From: Eledone cirrhosa
Taxonomy: Eukaryota
Assembly: GCA_964016885.1 (NCBI GenBank)
Contig: OZ024751.1
Location: 4,526,001 to 4,590,000, forward strand
Reading direction: 5' to 3'
DNA length: 64,000 nucleotides
In this document: piece by piece, positions 25,206 through 37,782 of the stretch
Layout: the number at the start of each line of letters is the position of its first letter
Position numbering within the stretch: the first letter of the stretch is position 1
Program-made: the position numbers and the translations under genes
The notes under the pieces: model-generated
What the model saw: the letters and a program-made list of their open reading frames with translations, nothing else
What the model was told of the DNA's origin: nothing
Database searches by the model: none

Positions 25206-27969
25206 ATGCCCAACCTGAGATCCTTTCTCCACCAACAACACAATCGCCTCAAACTTATCCTCACCCCCTCCTCCCAGCCTGCTATCTCCCCTCCGCCCTT
25301 CAACTCTCCTACCTTCTCTTCGCCAAAACCCGGCACTCCAGCCACATCCATTTCCTCAGCCACTGCCTCCGCCTCCACCTTATCCCCTCGGCTTCCGTCT
25401 ACACTTCCACCCCTCCCCCGCCGCTTCCCCCTCCACGCAACGTATCTCACCCGATCCTCACGCCTCCTGATGCGCAACTCCATCCGCGCCTCCCGTTCCA
25501 CCCTCCGCCGACTTGACCACCAACTGACCCCCACCCTCCTCCGCCTTTACTCCACCTGCCACCCCCTCCTCGCCCAAGTCATCCTCTCCTTCATCCATAA
25601 CCTCAACCACAACCTCTTCTCGTTCCTCAGCTCCACCAAAGCCCGCAAGCTACACTCACTCCCCCCCCCCCCCCCCATCCACCGCCACCCGCCCATCCCC
25701 ATACGCCCACCACTCTCCACCTCTCCCCCGACCCACACCCCTACACAATCTCCACCCTCCACCTCACCCCTCACCACACCCTCCCCTCGCCCCCCAAACA
25801 CCCAAACCCCACCCCTTGCTGTCACCATACCCCCTGACCTCCCCCTCTCCGCACCTGAGCGCTCACTCCTTAGTAGAGGCCTTCGCTTCATACCCCACAC
25901 TCCGCACAGCGACGAGTTCCGCACCCGAACGGAAGTCGAGCGATTCGTGCGACGCACTAAGCTACAGGCACATTTCAGCCGAACGCCACCGGCTCCGGAC
26001 GCCCCAGACCCGTTTCTCGCCCTGGGCCGACGACCATCTTCTTGGACGCCGGCCCCAGGGCAATTTAGCACCCTGGACGCCTTCGTCGATGCCAGCCGTA
26101 GCGCAGTAAATCGTTTCGTCTTCCGCCACCGTTCCAAACGGCACAATATCTCACGGGGCGAACTCCTCGCTCTCCGCTCCCTCCGTAGCCGAGATGACAT
26201 CGTCATCAAACCGGCGGACAAGGGAGGCGCCGTAGTGGTGTGGTGCGCGGACCTCTACACGGCCGAAGCCCTCAGGCAGCTCTGTAACCCCCTCTTTTAC
26301 CGCCCTCTACCCTCCGATCCCACCCCTCTCTACCAACAACAAGTCTCCTCCACCATCAAAGACTTTATCGCCTCCTCCCTCCCCCCCTCCCCCCACCGCT
26401 TCCCACCTCATCGTCCGCACCCCCGCACCCCCACCATCTACTTCCTCCCCAAAATCCACAAACCCGACAACCCCGGCCGCCCCATCGTCTCCGCTTGCAA
26501 CTGCCCCACCGAACTCATCTCCGCCTTTCTCGACTCCCTCCTCGCCCCCCTTGTCACCACCCTCCCCTCCCACATCTCCGACACCAACCACGCCCTGCGC
26601 CTTTTCGACTCCTTCACCTACCTACCCGGCCCACAGCCCTTCCTCTTCACCCTAGACATCAAGTCCCTCTATACAGTCATCCCCCACGCCGACGGCCTTC
26701 GCGCCCTCAAACACTACCTCGACCTTCGCCCCTCCCCCATTCCCTCCACCCCACCCTTCTTCGCCTCGCCGAGCTGGTCCTCACCCTAAATTGTTTCTCC
26801 TTCTCGGGTGAGTTTTACCAACAGGTCACGGGGGTAGCCATGGGCACAAGAATGGGCCCGAACTATGCCAACCTTTTTGTTGGCCATGTTGAGGCCCAAA
26901 TCTTTGCCCAGTACACCGGCCCCACGCCCGAACTGTACGGTCGTTACATTGACGACTGTATCGGAGCCACGACCCTCACCCGAGAACAGCTCGACTCCTT
27001 TCTCTCCTTCTTCTGCTCCTTCCATCCCTCCCTCCATTTCACCACCTCTATCTCCACCACCCACGTCCACTTCTTAGACATCTCCGTCGCCTTCGACCCC
27101 TCCCACCACTCCCTCGTCACCTCCGCCTTCTTCAAACCCACCGACTCCCACTCTTCTCTTACCTCGACTTCACCTCTTCCCACCCCACCCACACTAAACA
27201 TTCCATTCCCTACTCCCAACTTCTCAGGATCCGCCGCCTCTGTAGCCGTGATGCTGACTTCGAGTCCCAGGCCCTTTCCCTTGTCAGCCATTTCATCCGC
27301 AGAGGTTACCCCCCTCTCTCGTCTACACCGCTCTCACCCGCGCCCGTGCTGTCCCCCGCTCCACCACCCTCACCCCACGCCACCGCACACCCAACCACCT
27401 TCCCCATCACCTACCACCCCTCCACCGCACCATCCGCCGCCTCCAGTCCGACCCCTCCACCTCCCACATCTTCCCAACCCCACCACTCCCCTCCTTCAAA
27501 CGCGCACGCAATCTCCGCACCCTCCTCGTCCACAGCTCCCTACCCCCCCCCCGGTTCCTTTCCCTGTTCTAGGCCCCGCTGCAACACCTGTCCCCACATC
27601 ACCAACACCACCACCTTCCAGGGTCCCAACGGCCACTCTCTTTCGTTCCGGCATGCCTTCCGCTGCACCTCCTCCAACCTAGTCTACGGATTTCGCTGCA
27701 CGGAGTGCAGCGCGACGTATGTCGGACAGACGGGACGTCGCCTGGCGGACCGAGTTACGGAGCACCTCCGGGATATTCGTCTCGGGGGCAGTTCCCCCAT
27801 CGCCCGCCACTTTGGTGGCCCTGGACACTCCGCACGCCATCTCACAGTCTGTGGCCTACTCCAGTGCCACGGAACACCCGCCCATCGCCTTACGGTCGAA
27901 CAACGAACTATCTTCATCTTACAGACCCACACTCCCCCCGGCCTGAACTCCCCACCCTTATTCCTTTAG
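25206..27969 (+). pseudogene. PLE-3 RT/GIY-YIG ORF, frameshifted
   Basis: LLSRGLRFIP, IKPADKGGAVVV, FLPKIHK, LDIKSLYT, GVAMGTRMGP, GRYIDD, FLDI, CSRPRCNTC, NLVYGFRC..YVGQTG..EH, PPGLN. Confidence 0.9.
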
Positions 27970-29445
27970 CATTCGACCGCCCCCCTCCCCCCACACTTAT
28001 CCCCCACTAACACCACTAACACACCCCTCCTTTTCACCGCCCACCCCACACTAACAATACTAACACCTCCACTCCACCCCTCATCTGACCACCCTTCCCC
28101 AACTAACATACTAACATCCCTTCCCTCCCCTCTTCTCCTCCTCCCCCTCCTTATCACACGCACACACACACCGGCACATATATACACGCGCTCACATTAA
28201 ACACACACCCTACTACCACCACTAACCCTCACCTCCACACCTCTCACCTCACACCTCCATCCCACCACCCCGCAACTAACCTCACTAACACCCCCTAACC
28301 CCAAGCACACGAACACACGCACCCACTTACACCACCCACCCCACACGCAACTAACATCACTAACACCCCCCAACCCCACGCACACGTACCCACACACCCT
28401 CGTACACCACCAACTCTACACACCCTACCACCACTAACCCCCACTCACACCTGCATTCAACCCCCCCCCACCTCTTCATCAAACTACACACACACCAGTA
28501 CACCACACTCCCTCCATAGAACCACACACACCCTTCTCTCCCCACTCCACCCACACCCTCGCTCCACACTTACTCATCCCACTAACACCCCTACTAATAC
28601 ACACACACCCTCCTCACTCCAACTTTCACACCTACCCATCCTCGCCCCCTACCATTCCACTGACTGCTGCTGTGCCCTCTGGCCACCTCCCAGCACCAAC
28701 AGACCACAGCACTCCCACTGCTGACCACTTCCTGTTGCGCGCGCACCCCACATCTCTCCTCTTCCGACCACCACTTCATGGATTACTCACACGCAGAATT
28801 TGACTTACAAACAATCTACTAACATCCTTGGAACTTACCAACTTTTCAACCATCCTCTTGCAAAATCACCTATATAACTCACCCGCACACACACCCCCAA
28901 AAAATGTTTTTCTCCACACGCCACCCACACCCACAACACGCTTAAACCCCACACACACGTGCTTCCCACCACATATTTACACCCTCAGCCTCCTGATTCC
29001 TCTCCCCCCACCCCCTATCCACACACGCACAGACACTCCGACCCACAAAAACACCCCCCACACACACCCCTTCCTGAACATGCAACCCCGTTTTTCCCCC
29101 AACCCTTACTTTCACATACACACACACACGCACACCTACACACACACACCACCTTCAGCCCTCCCCGCTCGGACACCCCGTCTCCCTCTCCCCACTCCAC
29201 CCGCCACCACCCCTACTCACCCCCACCCTTCCACCACCTGTTTACCCCCCTTTTAATTTCAGTTTATTTTGATCATGCCTTTATTTTTAAATTTTCTCAT
29301 TCCTTGTATTTTGATCATGCTTTATTTTTATATTTTATATTTTTTATATTTATTTGTTTTTTTTCATTCGCACCGTTTCCTTTCGCTATATGTCTCTCCA
29401 CCACTCCCCTACACACCTTTTGAACTCTGTTCCCACACACTTCTC

Positions 29446-29478
29446 ACCTGAGGAAGGGCTTATGCCCGAAACGTCGTC
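29446..29478 (+). ncRNA. Minimal hammerhead motif in PLE-3 3' end (weak stem I)
   Basis: ac CTGAGGA a-gggc-ttat-gccc GAAA cg TC gt. Confidence 0.65.
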
Positions 29479-30250
29479 CCCCACTTACCCCCAACTCTCC
29501 TGAGCGTGAAATTAATAAACATTTATTGTACTGCCTCTCTGTTTTGTCCCTGTTCAAATTTTTTCCATTATATATACATATATATATATATATATACTTA
29601 CCTATACATATATATACATATATATATATATACATACCTATACATATATATACATATATATACTTACCTATACATATATATACATATATATATATATATA
29701 TACATACCTATACATATATATACATATATATATATATATACATACCTATACATATATATACATATATATATATATATACATACCTATACATATATATACA
29801 TATATATATATATATATACATACCTATACATATATATACATATATATATATATACATACCTATACATATATATACATATATATATATATATATACTTACC
29901 TATACATATATATATACTTACCTATACATATATATACATATATATATACATACCTATACATATATATATACTTACCTATATATATATATACATATATATA
30001 TACATACCTATACATATATATACATATATATATATATATACATACCTATACATATATATACATATATATATATACATATACATACATATATATGCATACA
30101 TATACATATATATATATATATACATACATATACATATATATACATACATATACATATATATATATATATATATATACATACATATACATATATATACATA
30201 CATATACATATATATACATATATATATACATATACATACATATATATATA

Positions 30251-30732
30251 ATTAAGTTAAAGTGTACATCTACATATGTATACGGAAGTATTAGTATGCA
30301 TATAAATACACACATGTATACATATGTACATGTACTCAGATTTTCACTAGACACTTTACAGTGAGTGTCAGCTAGTCTGTATGTAACCACACAGGCGGAC
30401 CGGGTTTTAGAGTCATACGAGTTTTCAAGGAAACACATTTCCTCTATTCTCCAGAGGGCCAGACAGGAATATTGGACTAGTTTCGATGTTATTACATCTC
30501 ATCAGCAATATTTACCCATCTTCCGGCTTCTCTGGAGAATTGTAAAAGCACATATCGTTATATGCTTTTTCTATGAAAATTAGTAGTGGGTAGACTAATT
30601 TGCATAGAACGTGAGTCATTGTACGCACCGGTTCAGCGGAAACGATAAAAACAAATAACGAAACGAAATTAAATTTCGTTTCGCTTCTAACTCACTTTTG
30701 TATGACTGACGCTGAACCGGTGCGTACAATGA
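30251..30732 (-). mobile_element. Diverged single monomer of the 467-bp HHR (retrozyme-like) family with 23-bp fold-back
   Basis: Colinear reverse-complement similarity to the 52853-55553 unit; 30710-30732 is the reverse complement of 30616-30638. Confidence 0.85.
30468..30512 (-). ncRNA. Minimal type I hammerhead ribozyme
   Basis: aatattg CTGATGA gatgt-aata-acatc GAAA ctag TC caatatt. Confidence 0.92.
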
Positions 30733-31189
30733 GGTCTCGCCAGTGTTCATTTATTTATTTATTGTAAATGAACACTGGCGAGACCTCCAAGATAGTAAAG
30801 AATCATCTGTGCTCTACCAACATGCTAAGATAGAACACAGGGGTAAATTAGAGAGCATAGAAATAAAAATAGAATCCACACACAAGAAAGACGCAATGTT
30901 TAGGCAAATTACAGAGGCAGTAAGCATAAAAGAATTAAAACCAAAATTAAATAGAAAATATGAGTGGAACAGCAACATCACAACTTACAATTAAGGACAA
31001 AATGAAAACACACACACACATAGAACAAACAACTTACAATTGAAAACACACACAAAATGAAAACACACACAAGACAAAATGAAAACACACACACACATAG
31101 AACAAACAACCAACCAACAATAAATAAATAAATAAACAAACAAATAGAAATAGAAAAATAGAAAAATGAACACAAACACACACAGACAC

Positions 31190-31245
31190 CCGGATGTGGC
31201 GCATGCGCAAACTGAGCACGCAACCCACACACAAACAAAATGGCG
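31190..31245 (+). promoter_or_regulatory. ETS-, NRF1- and YY1-like motifs upstream of the HHR (putative pLTR promoter)
   Basis: CCGGATGT 31190, GCGCATGCGC 31199, AAAATGGCG 31237. Confidence 0.45.
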
Positions 31246-31291
31246 TAGGATAGAAGAAAGGAAAGGCACAGAAACGAAGAAAGAAATCCCC

Positions 31292-31336
31292 AGTCACTGA
31301 AGAGGTCACAGAGCGTGTGACGAAAGAACTATGACT
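31292..31336 (+). ncRNA. Minimal type I hammerhead ribozyme of PLE-1
   Basis: agtca CTGAAGA g-gtcaca-gagcg-tgtgac GAAA gaac TA tgact. Confidence 0.8.
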
Positions 31337-31487
31337 ATATATATATAAACAACTATCTGGTTGTGGAACCAACCAACCAACCAGAAATTTATAAATTTGT
31401 GAATTTATAAATATATATTAAATTAAATTGAAGTGAAAGCAACTGGTGTGTGTGTTTCTTATTGGCAACATGACCCTCCCAAAGTAT

Positions 31488-31572
<85 letters not shown>

Positions 31573-31637
31573 TATATACATATATATATATATACATATA
31601 TATATACATATATATATATACATATATATACATATAC

Positions 31638-31684
<47 letters not shown>

Positions 31685-31690
31685 CACTTA

Positions 31691-31729
31691 TATACACCCG
31701 TGTATATTTACCTATCTATATCTATATAT
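31691..31729 (+). mobile_element. Tiny 3'-terminal fragment of the PLE-2 pLTR
   Basis: acacccgtgtatatttacctatct is the reverse complement of ~5250-5273. Confidence 0.75.
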
Positions 31730-31810
31730 ACATTTATATATATATACATACATATATACATATATATATATATACATATATGTATATATATGTACATATA
31801 TATATATACA

Positions 31811-32181
31811 TATATGTAGGAGGTGAGTTTTATTGTAGTACAATAAAGCAATGCAGATATCGGATAAGAAGCACTCTACAGTTTGTAGGACTGGAGTATA
31901 CATAATATAAGATCAAAAGATGGTTAAAGGAGTTCCATGTATTTTATTATGCGCATTTCAAAAACAAACATCATCATGCAATAATATTTGTGTTTTCATC
32001 AGATAAAACATATGTTGATTTAAAACTGCACTATCCACAAGTGTTTTTTAGCCTTCATATCATGTTCTCCTGTTTTATCTGATGAAAACACAAATATTAT
32101 TGCATGATGATGTTTGTTTTTGAAATGCGCATAATAAAATACATGGAACTCCTTTAACCATCTTTTGATCTTATATTATAT
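31811..32181. mobile_element. Fold-back insertion of ~258-nt HHR element (HHRs 31942-32008 minus, 32073-32139 plus)
   Basis: ttttat CTGATGA [long stem II] GAAA tgcgca TA ataaaa on both strands; same family as 56017-56440 and 46687-46785. Confidence 0.88.
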
Positions 32182-32197
32182 TTACATATATATATAC

Positions 32198-32228
<31 letters not shown>

Positions 32229-32253
32229 CATATATATATACATATATATATAC

Positions 32254-32298
<45 letters not shown>

Positions 32299-32656
32299 TA
32301 GATATATAGATATACATATATATACATATATAGATATATATATATATACATATATATATAAATGAAGTATTTCCATAGGAAAGGTAAAGAGAATCCCTGT
32401 GTGTGCGCATATGAGAGCTAAAGATCATATGTATATGTGTGTATTTGTATTTCCATGTAGACGCACATATACTTATGTGTGAACGTATAAGTTTACGTAC
32501 TATTACGTATATGAGTGAGTTTTAGTATGTTCATGTTTATATATTTGGCTATTTATATATTTTTTCCCCTCAATTTATGCCCATTATTTTATTTCTGCCT
32601 CACCTTCATCCTAAACTATGTTTTCAAATCCATATCACTATTCCATAATAAATATT

Positions 32657-32714
32657 TTTTCTGATGAATGAAGACAGACATAAATACCTGACTTCAAGAA
32701 ACCATTGGTAAATG
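32657..32714 (+). ncRNA. Type I hammerhead motif in a PLE-like 3' fragment (~32362-32750)
   Basis: CTGATGA a-tgaag..cttca-a GAAA ccattgg TA; stem I weak (A/T only). Confidence 0.65.
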
Positions 32715-32746
32715 AAATAATTATCTTATGTTGTTTATTACATAAT

Positions 32747-32777
<31 letters not shown>

Positions 32778-32878
32778 ATACATACCTATATATATATATA
32801 TATATTTATAGTTTTAATATAGATGAGATTCTACAGGACTAGAACTCTTTCATTCTTTAGAATAATAATTACAACTAT

Positions 32879-33012
32879 GAAGACATGTGGCCGAATGGTT
32901 AGGGTGTTGGGAATACAATTGTAAGGTTATAGGTTTGATTCCCTGACTAGGCAGCAGATTGTGGTCTTAAGCAAGGCACTTCATTTCACATTGCTCCAGT
33001 CTACTCAGCTGA
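32879..33012 (+). mobile_element. tRNA-derived SINE, degraded
   Basis: A box tggccgaatgg, B box gtttgattcc, body similar to 49169 copy. Confidence 0.75.
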
Positions 33013-33499
33013 AAAAAAATAAGTACAAGCAGCAGCTGGGAGGGGGTTTTAGACTTGCAATTGACTGGTATTCTATCAAGTGACTTAAGTTGAAAAACTG
33101 TAAGTTAAACATCACGGAAGACTCATTTTAGCCCTTAAAAAAAAAAAAGGTAGTGGTGGGCGGGGGGACATATATTCACTTTTCATTTATTTTGTAGTGT
33201 CAACATTTTCATTACACTCACTGCAACCTGGTTCACTGACACGATTATACTGCAACTCACAGCTAAACAACAACAACAGCCTGTTCATTGCAATAAAAAC
33301 AGTCATTATATCTTCCAGTGAGCTGAAATTCTATAGCAAAATCACAGAAAGAGAGAGAGAGGGTGGATTCTTTAAAACGAAGAGTTATGTAAGTTCAACA
33401 TTTAGCTGCTGCTTCTTAGTAAGATACTCTCTCCAGAGGTCAGGTTCTCTCACAGCACTACCATACCATTTGTGTGCTGCTTTTTAAGTGAGTATGGTG

Positions 33500-34030
33500 A
33501 CATTTACCTTTCACATTTAAATGGAGTGAGGAATTTAAACTCAGAATATAAGGAACCATAATAGATACCACGAAATATCTCGTCTGATGCCCTAACAGTT
33601 TTGCCAATACCTCACTCTTTACTGCTACTCTATCGAAAGTTGATCTCTGCAGTATTTGAACTGAGAGTTGTAAAGATCCAGAAAAATACTGATTTCTAAT
33701 ATAGGCACAAGACCAGCGAAGTTAGAGGAAGGGCAAAGTTAAATCAACCCCAGTAATTAACTGGAACTTTATTTTATCGACCTCGGAAGAATGAAAGGTA
33801 AAGTTGACCATAGCAGGATATGAACTCAGGGTGTAAAGGACTGTAACTAAATGCTGCAAAACACTTTGTCCGACACTCTACTGATTCTGCCAATCCTTCT
33901 GCCACTAGACTGATACTTTATTTATTCACCTCAAAAGGATGGAAGGCAAAGTCAACCTCAGTGGGAGTTGAACCCAGAGCACAACAGAGACCTAGAACAA
34001 TTGTTACAAAATAGTTGATCCACTCTGCTT
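33500..34030 (-). mobile_element. Cluster of old CORE-type SINE remnants
   Basis: Repeated ttattttatcgacc..gaaagg(t/c)aaagt(t/c)gacc..tgaactcag motif (33770-33830, 33920-33980), the reverse complement of B box + CORE-like domain. Confidence 0.6.
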
Positions 34031-34139
34031 ATTTGCAGCTTATAACAGTAATAAATATCAAAATTGAACTGAAAGACTGAAAGATAGTATCTATGGTTTT
34101 CTTAAGATTTTCAAATGAATCCAAGTTCACAACACTGTA

Positions 34140-34230
34140 CAGGAATAAACAAACTAGAGAGAAAGAACTCAAATGACTGGATTTATTTATTTTAGGGGTC
34201 AGTAAGGTATTTTTATAGGATAACGGAACA
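34140..34230 (+). pseudogene. Possible ancient RTE endonuclease remnant
   Basis: ELK*LDLFILGVSKV resembles the RTE APE motif ELKRLxIxILGVSEV; many stops. Confidence 0.3.
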
Positions 34231-34909
34231 AAACAGAACAGAATGGAATGGCATGCAGTTGTCATTTCTGACAATACCAACATAAAAGATGCTGATAATC
34301 TTAGTCAGGACTGTTTTAACTCTCTTGGCGCTGTCTGTGACACAAGTCGCCGATAGAGTAATCCCCTTAATACATAATACAGTGTCAAGGGAAGTAATTC
34401 ATAAAAGAATTCAGCCTCCTAAAGGTTAAACCAAATTGGCTTGTCCTCACAATTATCAAGGGGTCTTCTCTTGCCCAGGTCTCCCTCAGTCAGAAGAGTA
34501 ATGGCAAGGCCAGTACTTCTGAGATAAACAACCAGCTACAGGAGTTGCCATGAGAGTTAGCAATCTTAGACACCTCCACCTCACTCATCCACCACTGCAC
34601 CCATTTGTAAAAAAGAAGATAACTACCAAATAAATTATCTATATTAAACAAGGCAACAAAATTAATCCAAACCCACCCCACTGTCCACAATAATAATGAT
34701 AATAATAGCCTTAAAAAAGTCCCTGTTGTCAATAAGTTAAGCATTATATAAGCATCAGTCTTACAGACTGGGAATGGCTGTTGAAAAAAAAAAATCTTCA
34801 TCTTGTGTATATATTAAAATTGTAAAAAATACACCACATTTATATTTATTATTATTACTATATATATATGTGTATATATATATGTATATATATATATGTG
34901 TATATATCT

Positions 34910-35734
34910 ATCTATCTAAGGCGGGTAACATTCCCGAGATCCATGGACGAGTTCTCTCCAGCGGTCTCTGTCCCTCATTATCGCTGCCATATCCTGCATC
35001 TCCAACAGACCAGTGTCTGTCCTTAGGGCATCAACATATGTTAACCTTGGTCTTCCTCTTCTAGTGTGTCCATGTATGGGCTCCCAAAGGAGCACTGAGT
35101 GCAATGTCAACTCTGGATGTCGGTGAGCATGTCCAGCCAACCTCAGTCTCCTCTGTGTCACTTTTGAGCTGACTTTTGGGATGCTCTCATACAGCTCTGA
35201 GTTTTTCATCCTCAGTGTATACTGATTAATGTTCAGAGCCATCCTCAGCATTCTGTGGCACCGGCTCAGAGCAGGAGAGTTGGGGCGAAAAAGGTATCGG
35301 ATGCTGAATTTGCCGACGACATAGTTTTGGTGACAAATACAGTGAAGGAGGCAGAGGATTTGATGCGGGAGGTTGAGACTGTGTCGATGAGTGTGGGGCT
35401 GAGAATGAATGAGACTAAAACAAAATATCTGGTAGAGAATGTTGAGAAGCCAGAGGGGATCACTAATGTAGGCGGGAAGCCGCTGGAATTGGTTGAGGAC
35501 TTCCTGTATTTGGGAGCAAAGATTGGGAATACGGAAGATGATGTAGTTGAGAGGAAGAGCAAGGCCTGGGCGGCGTGTCACAGCTTGAGATCGGTGTGGA
35601 AGTCGGACCTTCGTAGAGACCTGAAAATCCGCCTCTTCATTGCTGTAGTGGAGTCTGTGCTGCTGTATGGGTCTGAGACTTGGACACTGACCAAGAGACT
35701 CACTCAGATGGTGGATGGGTGCTACACGAGAATG
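34910..35734. mobile_element. RTE-like LINE family D, 5'-inverted insertion (3' part minus 35254-34910; inverted part plus 35255-35734)
   Basis: Plus: [22 protein letters not shown]; minus: [23 protein letters not shown]; agaatg duplicated at 35249-35254/35729-35734. Confidence 0.88.
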
Positions 35735-35776
35735 TGTATATATATATGTATATATATATATGTATATGTATATATG

Positions 35777-35807
<31 letters not shown>

Positions 35808-35826
35808 GTATATATATATGTATATA

Positions 35827-35877
<51 letters not shown>

Positions 35878-35922
35878 GTATATATGTATATATATATATG
35901 TATATGTATATATATATGTATA

Positions 35923-35977
<55 letters not shown>

Positions 35978-35990
35978 ATATATATATATA

Positions 35991-36182
35991 ACGAAGGAAA
36001 TGTGGTAAGGAACCAAGTGGACCATAACGCACAAAAGTACTCAATACTTAGAGTAGTAGAGTGGGTAATAGGAACGAGTAGGACCCTGACAGCTGAGCTG
36101 AAGCCGTTTCGACGGCTAATTCAGTCAAGAATTAGCTGTCGAAACGGCTTGATCTCAACCGTCGGGGTCCTACACGTTCCTA
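35991..36182. mobile_element. ~190-bp non-coding hairpin element, copy 1
   Basis: Imperfect ~55-bp stem 36068-36183 plus ~75-bp tail; reverse-complement copy at 40381-40574, variant at 43461-43606. Confidence 0.8.
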
Positions 36183-36207
36183 TATATATATATATATATA
36201 TATATAT

Positions 36208-36254
<47 letters not shown>

Positions 36255-36422
36255 CATGTATATATATGTGTATATATATGTATATATATGTATATATATA
36301 CATGTGTATATATATATATATATGTATATATATATACATGTATATATATATGTATATATATGTATATGTATATATATGTATATATATATATGTATATATA
36401 TACATCTATATATATATATACA

Positions 36423-37537
36423 TATCCCCTCAGGGAAATGGCCTTGCTCAGTATGTAGGAAAGGTGTAGGTAGAAACTCCATTCTCTGCCCCAAATGCAA
36501 ACAATGGGTACACAAGAGATGTAGCGGGATCTCAGGAAGCTTAATTAAGAATGTAGGATTCACATGCAGCAGCTGTGCTGAAACAGCAAGCAAACAGCCA
36601 CAGGAAACAAGTACCACCAATCTCTGGGAGGGCCCTGTAGAAACAGTAGACAGCTTCTGCTACCTAGGTGACCGAATTAGCAACGGAGGTGGGTGCTCAG
36701 AAAGTACAATAACTAGGGTAAGAACAGGATGGAAGAAGTTTAGGGAACTACTACCACTGCTAGCTGCAAAAGGCTTCTCCCTCAGAATGAAAGGCAGACT
36801 GTATGATGCGTGTATCCGAACAGCGATGTTGCATGGTAGTGAGACCTGGGCGCTGAAGGTGGAAGACTTACGTAGATTAGAGAGAAACGAAGCCTGCATG
36901 CTCCGATGGATGTGTAACAGTAATATACGTGAACGACAAAGCATAAAGGAATTGAGAGAGAGACTGAGCATAAGAGGAATCAAATGCTGCGTGCAGGAGA
37001 GGCGGTTACGCTGGTATGGACATGTGATGCGTATGAAGGATGACAGCTGCATAAAAAGGTGCAGAGCACTAGAAGTTGATGGAAACCGCGGAGTGGGGAG
37101 ACCCAAGATGACTTGGGATGAGGTGATAAGAGCCGACCTTACCCAACTACACCTCTCAAAGTCAATGACACACGACCGTGACTTCTGGCGTCACGCAGTA
37201 ATACAGGGTACCCGACCTCCCATGGGTACATGCTGAAGCATATAAACAATATGCCCCCCCCCCCCTCCACCGCAAGGTGGCCGTGGAGGTGCCACGGCAA
37301 AAAAGCACCCAGCCCACACTGTAAAGTGGACGTGTAGGCGCCACGAAAAAGCACCCAGCACTCACTGTAAATGACATTGGTGTTAGGAAGGGCATCCAGC
37401 TGTAGAAATCAAGCCAGATCAGTTCCTGTATGAGCAAGGCATGGTCAGCCGACCAGACACTGCCCACAACAGGACAACCCGTCTAACCCATGCTAGCGTG
37501 GAAGAACGGACGTAAAACGGTGATGATGATGATGATG
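36423..37537 (+). mobile_element. RTE-A, 5'-truncated
   Basis: Near-identical to the reverse complement of 13470-14593; (TGA)n tail. Confidence 0.93.
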
Positions 37538-37734
37538 ATATATATACATGTATATATATACATATATATATATACATATATATACATACATATATATATA
37601 TACATATATATATATACATATATATACATATATATATATACATATATATATATACATATATATACATATATATATATACATATATATATATATACATATA
37701 TATATATATGTATATATATGTATATATATATATG

Positions 37735-37782
<48 letters not shown>

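Larger units (their letters stand above)
24745..29572 (+). mobile_element. Penelope-like element PLE-3 (C-rich, Neptune-like), near full length with frameshifts
   Basis: RT and GIY-YIG motifs across three frames; terminal direct repeat ctgttttgt(t/c)cctgt..aaattttttccattatata at ~24754-24792 and ~29538-29575; HHR near 3' end. Confidence 0.9.
30731..31493 (+). mobile_element. 3' end of PLE-1 family (GIY-YIG C-terminus, 3' UTR, HHR)
   Basis: NEHWRDLQD...YEWNSNITTYN matches the 145-879 ORF; 23-bp fold-back 30731-30753/30765-30787. Confidence 0.92.

Noticed and set aside
33197-34850. Host exon(s) in the only low-copy-looking stretch
   Set aside because: Short ORFs with no recognisable domain and many stops; interspersed with SINE and LINE remnants
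36100-36160. Hammerhead in the ~190-bp hairpin element (gtcGAAAcggcTT)
   Set aside because: No CTGANGA box positioned 5' of the stem; the GAAA lies in a small intrinsic hairpin
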